Below are positions 1-10,361 of a DNA stretch of 32,000 nt, in pieces; within the stretch, counting starts at the first letter, position 1, and the number at the start of each line of letters is the position of its first letter. This stretch comes from Delftia acidovorans NBRC 14950. Lineage in GTDB: Bacteria; Pseudomonadota; Gammaproteobacteria; Burkholderiales; Burkholderiaceae_C. The stretch covers positions 540,001 through 572,000 of the forward strand of contig NZ_BCZP01000001.1 in the NCBI RefSeq assembly GCF_001598795.1, in the 5' to 3' direction. The notes beneath the pieces were generated by a model, which ran no database searches, was not told the origin of the DNA, and was given only the letters and a program-made list of their open reading frames with translations. The position numbers and the translations under genes are program-made.

Positions 1-872
1 GCATCTACGGCGTGTGGAATGCCGCGCCGCAGTGGACCGTGAAGGGCGGCATCAGCAACGGCTACAAGACGCCGCGCGTGGAGCAGCTGGCGCCCGGCAT
101 CAACGGCTTCGGCCAGCAGGGCCGCCTGCCGCTGGTGGGCAGCCCCAACCTCAAGCCCGAAACCAGCCGCACCACTGAACTGGGCGTCTATTTCGACAGC
201 CCCACGGGCTTTGCGGGCAGCGCCACGGTGTTCAACAACGAGTTCAAGGACAAGATCACCAGCGGCCCGGGCCTGATCAACTGCGACTTTGCGGCAGCGC
301 CCAACCGCCCCGGCTGCGTGAGCTTCGGCGACTGGCCGCTGGTGGATGCCTTCGGCCAGTCCATCAACGTGGACGAGGCCGTCACGCGCGGCCTGGAGCT
401 GAGCGCGCGCATGCCGCTGGCGCGCGGCTGGAATGCCAGCGCCAACTACACCTTCACCAGGAGCGAGCAAAAGAGCGGCCCCAACCGGGGCAACCCGCTG
501 AGCGACACGCCCAAGCATGCGCTCAACGCCCGCCTGAACTGGGAGCCGGGTGCCCAGTGGAACCTGTGGCTGCGTGCCGAATACCGCAGCGAACGCTTCC
601 GCGACCCCGGCACCAGCGCCAGCTCCCAGGCCGCCAAGGCCGCGCTGGGCAACTACAAGGCCTATACCCAGTTCCACCTGGGCGGCAGCTACCGCGTGAG
701 CAAGCAGTTCACCATCAACGCGGCCATCTACAACCTGTTCAACAAGGATTTCGTGGACTACCAGCCCTACAACGTACCGGGCCAGGTCCAGGGTACCGTG
801 ATCTTTGGCAACCGCTACGCGAACAACCAGGAAGGCCGCCGCCTGTGGGTGTCCGCCAACTACGAGTTCTGA
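1..872 (+). CDS. TonB-dependent outer-membrane receptor, C-terminal portion (5' end outside window)
   Basis: The frame is open from the window edge to TGA 870-872. The sequence is a Gly/Asn/Tyr-rich beta-barrel type and ends in ...RLWVSANYEF with a terminal Phe, typical of TonB-dependent receptors. GC3 is high. Confidence 0.85.
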   Translation, partial: IYGVWNAAPQWTVKGGISNGYKTPRVEQLAPGINGFGQQGRLPLVGSPNLKPETSRTTELGVYFDSPTGFAGSATVFNNEFKDKITSGPGLINCDFAAAPNRPGCVSFGDWPLVDAFGQSINVDEAVTRGLELSARMPLARGWNASANYTFTRSEQKSGPNRGNPLSDTPKHALNARLNWEPGAQWNLWLRAEYRSERFRDPGTSASSQAAKAALGNYKAYTQFHLGGSYRVSKQFTINAAIYNLFNKDFVDYQPYNVPGQVQGTVIFGNRYANNQEGRRLWVSANYEF

Positions 873-1837
873 GGCGGGTTCCGGGGCGCCTGGCTGGCCT
901 GCACGCGTGACGGGGCCAGCCTGACCAGCACCTGCAGCGTGCGGTTCAGCGGCACGGGCACGCCCAGGGCCTCGCCGCGCCGCACCACGTAGCCGTTCAG
1001 GTGGTCGATTTCGCTGGGCTTGCCCAGCGCCAGATCCTGGGCGGTGGACGAGAACTGGCCCGGCATGGTGGCCGGCAGGCCCCGCACGGCAGCGGGCACG
1101 TCGCCGGGCAGGGCTACGCCGTCGGCCCTGGCCACGGCCAGGCATTCGGCCACCACGTCATCCACCACGTCCGTCACGCCGGGCGACTGCACCAGTGGGC
1201 CGTAGGGCAGCTGGCAGAGCGCCGACAGCGCGTTGTAGGCGCAGTTGATCACCAGCTTGGCCCACAGCGCGCCGCGCACATCGGGCGATACCTGCACGGC
1301 AATGCCCGCCGCGCCAAATTGCAGGGCCACCTGTTCGCTGAGTGCAGAGGGCGCGATGACCAGCTCGCCACGCCCGAAGTGGCGCACATGGCCGGGACCG
1401 GCCATGGCCGTGGCCACATAGACCACGGCGGCCGCCACGGCAACGGACGGGCCCAGCACGGCGCGCACGCGCTCGTCGTTGTCCACGCCGTTTTGCATGG
1501 TCAGCACCAGGGCGCCCGGCGCCAGGTGCGGCTGCATCTCGCGGGCCGCTTCCTCGGTGGCCGTGGACTTGACGCAGAACATCACCACATCGGCATCGCG
1601 CACGGCGCTGGCCTCGGTCGATGCCTGCATGGGCACCTGGATGTCCAGCGCCGCCGTCTCCAGCCGCAGGCCATGCTGCTGCACGGCCTGCACATGGGCG
1701 GGACGGCCAATCAGCGTGACCTGGTGGCCGGCGCGTGCCAGCAGTGCGCCGAAATAGCAGCCCACGGCGCCTGCACCCATGACGGCGATGCGCAGCGGCG
1801 CGGTGGGGGAGGAGGGGCTGGCGGAAGAAGCGTCCAT
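860..1837 (-). CDS. panE: 2-dehydropantoate 2-reductase (ApbA/PanE family)
   Basis: The track ORF 860..1924 is trimmed to the internal ATG at 1837 (MDASS...). An N-terminal Rossmann motif RIAVMGAGAVGCYFGALLARAGHQV and an ApbA-like C-terminal domain are present. It overlaps the convergent receptor gene by 13 nt. Confidence 0.8.
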   Translation of the reverse strand: MDASSASPSSPTAPLRIAVMGAGAVGCYFGALLARAGHQVTLIGRPAHVQAVQQHGLRLETAALDIQVPMQASTEASAVRDADVVMFCVKSTATEEAAREMQPHLAPGALVLTMQNGVDNDERVRAVLGPSVAVAAAVVYVATAMAGPGHVRHFGRGELVIAPSALSEQVALQFGAAGIAVQVSPDVRGALWAKLVINCAYNALSALCQLPYGPLVQSPGVTDVVDDVVAECLAVARADGVALPGDVPAAVRGLPATMPGQFSSTAQDLALGKPSEIDHLNGYVVRRGEALGVPVPLNRTLQVLVRLAPSRVQASQAPRNPPQNS

Positions 1838-1954
1838 GGTGCGAATCGGATAGGCCTTTGATGGCGCCCAGTCTAGCCAGGCTGCCGTCAAGGGCCCATG
1901 CTGTCTTCCCTGCCGGGGGGGCACTGCGGACTTCAGGCCGTCCTCATGCCGTGC

Positions 1955-3412
1955 TCATGCCGTCTGCAGGCACAGGTACTTGGTTTCCAGGTATTCCTCG
2001 ATGCCGTGACGCGAGCCCTCGCGGCCCAGGCCGGACTGCTTGACGCCGCCGAAGGGCGCGACCTCGTTGGAGATCAGGCCGGTATTGATGCCCACCATGC
2101 CGTACTCCAGCGCACGCGATACGCGCCAGATGCGGCGGTTGTCGTTGGTGAACAGATAGGCGGCCAGGCCGTAGATGGTGTCGTTGGCGCGGCGCACCAC
2201 TTCGTCCTCGTCGTGGAAGCGGAACAGCGGCGCCAGCGGGCCGAAGGTTTCCTCCTCGCAGACCCGCATGCTGTCGTTCACATCGGCCAGCAGCGTGGGC
2301 TCGAAGAACAGCTGGCCCGGCACCGGGCGCCTGCCGCCCGCCAGCAGGCGCGCGCCCTTGGACAGCGCGTCGGCCACATGGCTTTCCACCTTCTGCACGG
2401 CGGCCTCGTTGATCAGCGGGCCATGCGTCACGCCGGGCTCCAGGCCGTTGCCGACCTTGAACTCCGCCATGGCCCGCGCCAGGCGGCGGGCCAGTTCGTC
2501 ATGGATGCCGTCCTGCACATAGATGCGGTTGGCGCATACGCAGGTCTGGCCCGCGTTGCGGAACTTGGAGGCCAGGATGCCGGCCACGGCCTGGTCGATA
2601 TCGGCATCGTCGAACACGATCAACGGCGCATTGCCGCCCAGCTCCAGCGACAGCTTCTTGACCGTGTCGCTGCACTGGCGCATCAGCAGCCGCCCGGTGG
2701 CCGTGGAGCCCGTGAAGCTGAGCTTGCGCACCACGGGGCTTTGCGTCAGCGCCTGGCCGATGTCCTGCGGGTGGCCGGTCAGCACCTGGAAGACGCCGGC
2801 GGGAATGCCGGCCTCCTGGGCCAGCACCCCCAGGGCCAGTGCGGTGAAGGGCGTGCTTTCGGCCGGCTTGACCAGCATGGTGCAGCCGGCGGCCAGCGCC
2901 GGGCCGGCCTTGCGCGTGATCATGGCGGCCGGGAAGTTCCAGGGCGTGATGGCGGCGCACACGCCAATGGGCTCGCGCAGCGTCAGCAGTTGCTGGCCGG
3001 CCGTGGGCGACTGCAGCAGTTCTCCGTCCACGCGCTTGCCTTCCTCGGCAAACCATTCGATGAAGGAGGCCGCGTAGGCGATCTCGCCGCGTGCCTCGGC
3101 CAGGGGCTTGCCCTGCTCCAGGGTCATCAGCCGCGCCAGATCGTCCTGGTGCGCCAGCATCAGGTCGAACCAGCGGCGCAGGATGCCTGCGCGCTGCTTG
3201 CCCGTCAGCGCGGCCCAGGCGGGCAGGGCGCGCTGTGCGGCGGCAATGGCGGCTTCGGTCTCGCCGGCCTGCAGGGCAGGCACCTGGCCCAGGCGCTCGC
3301 CCGTGGCGGGGTTGAAGACGTCGATGGCGGGGCCGGAGCCCACGGCTCGCCAGCCCTCGGCGAGCAGGCAGGCCTGGCGGAACAGATCGGGGCGTTGCAG
3401 TGAAAGACTCAT
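1955..3412 (-). CDS. gabD: succinate-semialdehyde dehydrogenase (NAD(P)+), aldehyde dehydrogenase family
   Basis: The 485-aa product has aldehyde dehydrogenase signatures (ELGGNAP, FRNAGQTCVCANR with the catalytic Cys). It lies 30 nt downstream of gabT in the same orientation. Confidence 0.9.
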   Translation of the reverse strand: MSLSLQRPDLFRQACLLAEGWRAVGSGPAIDVFNPATGERLGQVPALQAGETEAAIAAAQRALPAWAALTGKQRAGILRRWFDLMLAHQDDLARLMTLEQGKPLAEARGEIAYAASFIEWFAEEGKRVDGELLQSPTAGQQLLTLREPIGVCAAITPWNFPAAMITRKAGPALAAGCTMLVKPAESTPFTALALGVLAQEAGIPAGVFQVLTGHPQDIGQALTQSPVVRKLSFTGSTATGRLLMRQCSDTVKKLSLELGGNAPLIVFDDADIDQAVAGILASKFRNAGQTCVCANRIYVQDGIHDELARRLARAMAEFKVGNGLEPGVTHGPLINEAAVQKVESHVADALSKGARLLAGGRRPVPGQLFFEPTLLADVNDSMRVCEEETFGPLAPLFRFHDEDEVVRRANDTIYGLAAYLFTNDNRRIWRVSRALEYGMVGINTGLISNEVAPFGGVKQSGLGREGSRHGIEEYLETKYLCLQTA

Positions 3413-3442
3413 GGTGCAGCAGGGTGTGGCTGGGATGGGGAT

Positions 3443-4753
3443 TCAGGCGGCGACTGGCTGGGACGCGCTCTGGGTGATGGCGCTGTCGATGATGTCCAGG
3501 GCCCTGGCGAACAGCGGCTGTGGAATCGTCAGCGGATAGAGAAAGCGGATGGCGTTGCCGTACAGGCCGCAGGTCAACAGCAGCAGGCCCTGCTCCTGCG
3601 CGTGCCGGACGACGGCGGCCACGCGCTGCGCGTCGGGCTCGCCGCTGCCGGGAAGGCGGAACTCCACGGCCAGCATCGAGCCCAGGCCGCGCACGTCGGC
3701 AATGCCGGCATCCTGCGCCTGCAGGGCTTGCAGGCGCGCGCGCAGCTGGTTGCCCAGTGCGTGGGCGCGCTCGCACAGCCGTTCTTCATCGATCACGTCG
3801 AGCACGGCATGGGCCGCGGCCACGGCCAGCGGGTTGGCGGCATAGGTGCCGCCCAGGCCGCCGGGATGCGGCGCGTCCATGACGGCCGCGCGGCCCACCA
3901 CGCCCGAGATCGGCAGGCCGCCGCCCAGGCTCTTGGCCATGGTGATCAGGTCGGGCTGCACGCCGTAGTGCTCCATGGCGAACAGCTTGCCCGTGCGAGC
4001 GAAGCCGGTCTGCACCTCGTCGGCGATCAGCAGCATGCCGTGCTGGTCGCACAGCTGGCGCAGGCCGGTGAACAGGGCGGCAGGCACGGGGTGAAAGCCC
4101 CCTTCGCCCTGGACGGGCTCCACGATGATGGCGGCCACGCGCTGCGGGTCCACCGAGGTCTTGAGCAGCATGGCAATGGCGTCCAGCGACTGCTGCACGC
4201 TCACGCCCGCCTGCTCGCAGGGGAAGGGGGCGTGGAAGACTTCGCCCGGCATGGGGCCGAAGCCCTGCTTGTAGGGCGCCACCTTGCCCGTCAGTGCCAT
4301 GCCCAGCTGGGTGCGGCCATGGAAGGCGCCCTGGAAGGCGATCACGGCCGAGCGGCCCGTGGCATGGCGCGCGATCTTGACGGCGTTCTCCACGGCCTCG
4401 GCGCCCGTGGTGAAGAAGGCGGTCTTGGCCGGGCCGGCGATGGGCGCCAGCGCATTGATGCGCTCGGCCAGCGCAATCGCGCTTTCGTAGGGAACGATCT
4501 GGAAGGCCGTGTGCGTGAAGCGCTCCAGTTGCTGCTGCACAGCCTGGACCACGCGCGGATGGCGGTGGCCCGTGTTGAGCACGGCAATGCCGGCCGCGAA
4601 ATCGATGTACTGCCGGCCCTCGGCATCGGTCAGCAGGGCGTTGTCGGCCTGCACGGCATGGAAGCCGCACATCACGCCCACGCCGCGCGGCATGGCGGCG
4701 TTGCGCCGGTTCTGGAGTTGCTGGTTCGGGGAAGAGGCGGTGGCGCTGGACAT
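3443..4753 (-). CDS. gabT: 4-aminobutyrate--2-oxoglutarate aminotransferase (class III PLP aminotransferase)
   Basis: The start is set at the internal ATG 4753, preceded by GGAGAA on the minus strand. Class-III aminotransferase motifs are present (LLIADEVQTGFARTGKLFA, TMAKSLGGGLP with the PLP Lys). Confidence 0.9.
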   Translation of the reverse strand: MSSATASSPNQQLQNRRNAAMPRGVGVMCGFHAVQADNALLTDAEGRQYIDFAAGIAVLNTGHRHPRVVQAVQQQLERFTHTAFQIVPYESAIALAERINALAPIAGPAKTAFFTTGAEAVENAVKIARHATGRSAVIAFQGAFHGRTQLGMALTGKVAPYKQGFGPMPGEVFHAPFPCEQAGVSVQQSLDAIAMLLKTSVDPQRVAAIIVEPVQGEGGFHPVPAALFTGLRQLCDQHGMLLIADEVQTGFARTGKLFAMEHYGVQPDLITMAKSLGGGLPISGVVGRAAVMDAPHPGGLGGTYAANPLAVAAAHAVLDVIDEERLCERAHALGNQLRARLQALQAQDAGIADVRGLGSMLAVEFRLPGSGEPDAQRVAAVVRHAQEQGLLLLTCGLYGNAIRFLYPLTIPQPLFARALDIIDSAITQSASQPVAA

Positions 4754-4821
4754 GAGAGGGTTCTCCGTTGATGGGGATGCAAGGCTTCCCGTTATAGTGG
4801 CCATTGGTTCCATGACTGGAG

Positions 4822-4840
4822 CCATCTTTTGAAAAGATGG
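4822..4840. promoter_or_regulatory. perfect 9-1-9 inverted repeat CCATCTTTT-G-AAAAGATGG in the gabT/gabR divergent promoter region (candidate operator)
   Basis: Read directly from the sequence. It lies in the 145-bp gap between divergent gabT (start 4753) and the MocR regulator (start 4899). It is flanked by similar motifs GTGGCCATTGG (4797-4807) and GTGCCAATTG (4843-4852). Confidence 0.4.
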
Positions 4841-4898
4841 TGGTGCCAATTGAGCGCGCCTCCACCTCCACCTCTATCCTCACTCCACCAAGGCAGGC

Positions 4899-6407
4899 AT
4901 GGCAAAACCCTCCGTGTGCGCGGATCTCATCCTCCAGATGGACTGGCGCGGGCTGGGCGGCGACCGCACTCATCTCAACCGGGGCCTGTACCTGGCCATC
5001 CGCCAGGCCATAGACAGCGGGGCCCTGTTGCCGCGCAGCCGTCTGCCTGCCTCGCGTGACCTGGCGCGCGAGCTGGGCGTGTCGCGCAACACCGTCAACC
5101 ACGCCTACGAGCAGCTGCAGGTGGAGGGCTATGTGCGCAGCCAGGTGGGGCGGGGCACGCATGTGGTGGACACCCTGCCCGCGGCCTTGCTGCTGAGCGG
5201 CGGGCGTGCGCCCGCACGCCGCGCCACCGCCGCGGCGCCCGTACCGGGCGGCGGCCTGTCTGCACAGGCGCAGGCCCTGCTGAAAACGGCCCAGGCCTCC
5301 GAGCAGCAATGGGGCGCCTTCATGCCCGGCGTGCCCGACGTGACCGAATTTCCGCGCGCCACCTATGCTCGCATCCATAACCGCCTGCTGCGCCACGCCG
5401 GGCCGCAACTGCTGACCTACGGCACGCGCGGCGGCATGGACGCGCTCAAGCAGGCCCTGGCCGAGCACCTGCGCGTGGCGCGCTCGGTGGACTGCGGGCC
5501 GGGCCAGGTGCTGATCACCGAAGGCGTGCACCAGGCCATCGACCTGGTGGTGCGCAGCCTTGCCGATCCCGGCGACTGCGTGTGGATGGAGGAGCCCGGC
5601 TACTGGGGCATTGCCAACGTGCTGCGCATGCAGCACGGGCTGCACCTGCACAGCGTGCCCGTGGATGAGGAGGGCATGCAACTGCCCGAAGGCCTGCCCG
5701 CACCCCGGCTGATTTTCGTCACGCCCTCGCACCAATATCCCTTGGGCGCCGTCATGAGCATGGCCCGGCGCCGTGCGCTGATTGCCTATGCGCGCCGCGT
5801 GGGCGCCTGGATCGTGGAGGACGACTACGACAGCGAATTCCGCTTCTCCGGCAGTCCCGTGCCCAGCATGCAGGGCATGGAGGAAGGTGCGCCCGTGATC
5901 TACATAGGCACCTTCAGCAAAACCCTCTATCCGGGGCTGCGCATGGGCTACATGGTGCTGCCACCGGCGCTGGCCGAGCCCCTGCGGCGCATCCATTCCG
6001 AGCTGTACCGCGAGGGGCACCAGCTGCCCCAGCAGGTGATTGCCGAGTTGATCACCGAAGGCCACTACGCCGCCCACATCCGCAAGATGCGCCTGCTCTA
6101 CGGCAAGCGCCGCCGCATGCTGCTGTCCCTGATCGAGCGCTACCTGGGCGCCGACCACCTGCCCTGGGTGGAAAGCAGCGCAGGCCTGCATTTCGTGATG
6201 CAGCTGCCGGGCCAGGACGACGATGTGGCGCTTGCCGAGGATCTCCGGCAGGCGGGCATCTTCGTCAAGCCGCTGTCGCGCTATTACGCAGGCCCGCACA
6301 AGCGGCGCGGCCTGCTGCTGGGATACGCCTGCGTCTGCGAGGAGGAGATCGGTGCCGCTTTCTTCCGTATGCTGGCGGTGCTCGGAGCCCGGCATGGCCG
6401 GGGCTGA
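4899..6407 (+). CDS. MocR/GabR-type PLP-dependent transcriptional regulator (GntR wHTH + aminotransferase class I/II domain)
   Basis: The N-terminal GntR HTH reads LPASRDLARELGVSRNTVNHAYEQLQVEGYVRSQVGRGTHV. It is followed by a ~350-aa fold-type-I aminotransferase-like domain (YIGTFSKTLYPGLRMGY with a PLP Lys). The gene is divergent from gabTD. Confidence 0.85.
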   Translation: MAKPSVCADLILQMDWRGLGGDRTHLNRGLYLAIRQAIDSGALLPRSRLPASRDLARELGVSRNTVNHAYEQLQVEGYVRSQVGRGTHVVDTLPAALLLSGGRAPARRATAAAPVPGGGLSAQAQALLKTAQASEQQWGAFMPGVPDVTEFPRATYARIHNRLLRHAGPQLLTYGTRGGMDALKQALAEHLRVARSVDCGPGQVLITEGVHQAIDLVVRSLADPGDCVWMEEPGYWGIANVLRMQHGLHLHSVPVDEEGMQLPEGLPAPRLIFVTPSHQYPLGAVMSMARRRALIAYARRVGAWIVEDDYDSEFRFSGSPVPSMQGMEEGAPVIYIGTFSKTLYPGLRMGYMVLPPALAEPLRRIHSELYREGHQLPQQVIAELITEGHYAAHIRKMRLLYGKRRRMLLSLIERYLGADHLPWVESSAGLHFVMQLPGQDDDVALAEDLRQAGIFVKPLSRYYAGPHKRRGLLLGYACVCEEEIGAAFFRMLAVLGARHGRG

Positions 6408-6448
6408 GGTTCTCTTTCCCAACCCCTTTGCCTGACGCAGAAAGCTCC

Positions 6449-6955
6449 ATGATCTCCATCCGCCCCGTTGATCCCCATGAATGGCCGCAGTACCGCGATA
6501 TCCGCCTGCGTGCCCTGCGCGACGCCCCCGACGCCTTCGGCAGCACCTGGGCGGCAGAGGCTGCAAGGGCGGACGCGGACTGGGCTGCACGGCTGCAGGC
6601 CGCTGCTGCCGGGGGCAGGGACAGGGTGCTCTTCGCCGTCAACGGCGGCCAGGCCTGCGGCCTGGTCTGGTGCAAGCTGTGTGCCCCCGAGCCCGGCGTG
6701 GCCGATCTCTTCCAGATGTGGGTCGATCCTGCCGCGCGTGGCCGGGGCGCAGGCCAAGCGCTGCTGGCGCAGGCCGTCGCCTGGGCCTGGCACAAGGGCA
6801 TGCAGCGTGTGCGGCTGGGTGTGACCGATGCCGACTCTCCCGCCATGCGCCTGTACCTGGCGCATGGCTTTCGGCCTGTGGGTGGGCTGCAGCCGCTGCG
6901 CGAGGGCTGCGAACTGCGGGTGCAGACGATGGCCCTGGACCGGGCCGGCGACTGA
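6449..6955 (+). CDS. GNAT family N-acetyltransferase
   Basis: The start is the ATG at 6449 (the track starts at an upstream TTG). The acetyl-CoA motif A is QMWVDPAARGRGAGQALL, and the size (~168 aa) is typical of GNATs. Confidence 0.8.
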   Translation: MISIRPVDPHEWPQYRDIRLRALRDAPDAFGSTWAAEAARADADWAARLQAAAAGGRDRVLFAVNGGQACGLVWCKLCAPEPGVADLFQMWVDPAARGRGAGQALLAQAVAWAWHKGMQRVRLGVTDADSPAMRLYLAHGFRPVGGLQPLREGCELRVQTMALDRAGD

Positions 6956-7027
6956 ACCGCTGCACAGCGCAGGCAGTTCCGGCAGTCAGTCCCTATAGCC
7001 CCGGGGCGTCCACAGGGCCGTCCTGCT

Positions 7028-7507
7028 TCAACCCGGCAGCAGGGCCGGCGAGGGCAGCTGCCGGGTCTTGGCCAGTTGCGAATTGCTGTAGCGCAGGTCG
7101 GAGGTGACCTCCGCGCCCAGCCAGGCGGGCGATGGCGGCTGGATATCCTCGCTCGCCAGTTCGATCTCGGCCGTGACCAGGCCGGCCAGGGGGCCTTCGA
7201 ACACATCGACCTCGAAGTCGAAGCCGTCCACCGGCACGATGTAGCGCACCTTGTCGATGGCGCCATGTGCGCAGTGCTGGGCCAGCAGCGTCTCGGCATC
7301 GGCCAGCGGGATCTGGTATTCGAATTCGGCGCGGCTCATGCCGCGTGCCGGGCCCTTGAGCGTGAGAAATCCGGTGTCTCCGGCGATGCGCACCCGCACC
7401 CACATGCCGTTGTCGGCGATGTATCCCTGCGCCATGCGCACGCCGGTCAGGCCTGCCACGATGCCAGGGTCGGCCACCAGGTATTTGCGTTCGATTTCGA
7501 GAGCCAT
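7028..7507 (-). CDS. CYTH-domain protein (triphosphate tunnel metalloenzyme, NeuTTM/CyaB-like)
   Basis: The N-terminal ExExK signature MALEIERKYLV and a later acidic strand VTAEIEL are present. The size (159 aa) is typical of stand-alone CYTH proteins. Confidence 0.85.
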   Translation of the reverse strand: MALEIERKYLVADPGIVAGLTGVRMAQGYIADNGMWVRVRIAGDTGFLTLKGPARGMSRAEFEYQIPLADAETLLAQHCAHGAIDKVRYIVPVDGFDFEVDVFEGPLAGLVTAEIELASEDIQPPSPAWLGAEVTSDLRYSNSQLAKTRQLPSPALLPG

Positions 7508-7580
7508 GCTGTTGCCCGTGCAGACAAAGGCGGCAGTCTATCGCGCCACCGTCGCCCTGCCCGGCAGATGGCCCGCCACA

Positions 7581-7645
7581 AACAAAAAGCCCCGCAGGGG
7601 AGTGCGGGGCTTTCCAGGGGGCGGTTGCCGGCCCGGAGGCCGGCA
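7581..7645 (-). terminator. tandem hairpins downstream of rpoD, the second being a rho-independent terminator
   Basis: On the minus strand, rpoD TAA (7657-7659) is followed by hairpin TGCCGGCC/GGCCGGCA (7626-7645). A second hairpin GCCCCGCA/TGCGGGGC (7589-7610) follows and is trailed by TTTTTGTTT. Confidence 0.75.
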
Positions 7646-7656
7646 TCCACAGCGCC

Positions 7657-10098
<2,442 letters not shown>

Positions 10099-10361
10099 GA
10101 ACACCTCACGGTCAGGAGCGAACACACACAAAGGGAAACTCAAACAAGCGCCGCCTAGGCGCACGCGCGGACGGACTAGGTCCGCCAGGGAAGCGAAAAA
10201 CGTTCCAGGCAAGATGTCTGGGCGAACATTTGGTGTGCAGTCCTTGCGGGAAATTGGGCCGTGCAGTTGCTGCAATCACGTGAGTTCTTCACGGGGCCCG
10301 GTCCGGAGGTGCTGCTGTCGCTCTTGCCGATAGCCCCTAATTATATCTGCTTACCTCGATT

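Noticed and set aside
860-872. 13-nt overlap of the convergent TonB-receptor and panE-like 3' ends.
   Set aside because: Short convergent overlaps are common in compact high-GC genomes. No additional structure was seen.
1898-3403. 501-aa plus-strand ORF antisense to gabD. Similar long antisense ORFs are 3602..4771, 7702..10023, 12488..14863, 15593..17704, 18758..20482, 22351..23463, 24311..25642, 26988..28550 and 28566..30173.
   Set aside because: These are typical shadow ORFs of high-GC DNA. Their translations are Arg/Gly/Ala/His-rich with no recognisable motifs, whereas the opposite strand encodes proteins with clear family signatures and the expected GC3 bias.
3786-6590. 934-aa minus-strand ORF spanning the gabT 5' end, the intergenic region and all of the MocR regulator gene.
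   Set aside because: It is out of frame or antisense to well-supported genes. The product is low-complexity and Arg/Pro/Gly-rich. The ORF crosses a divergent promoter region, which is implausible for a real gene.
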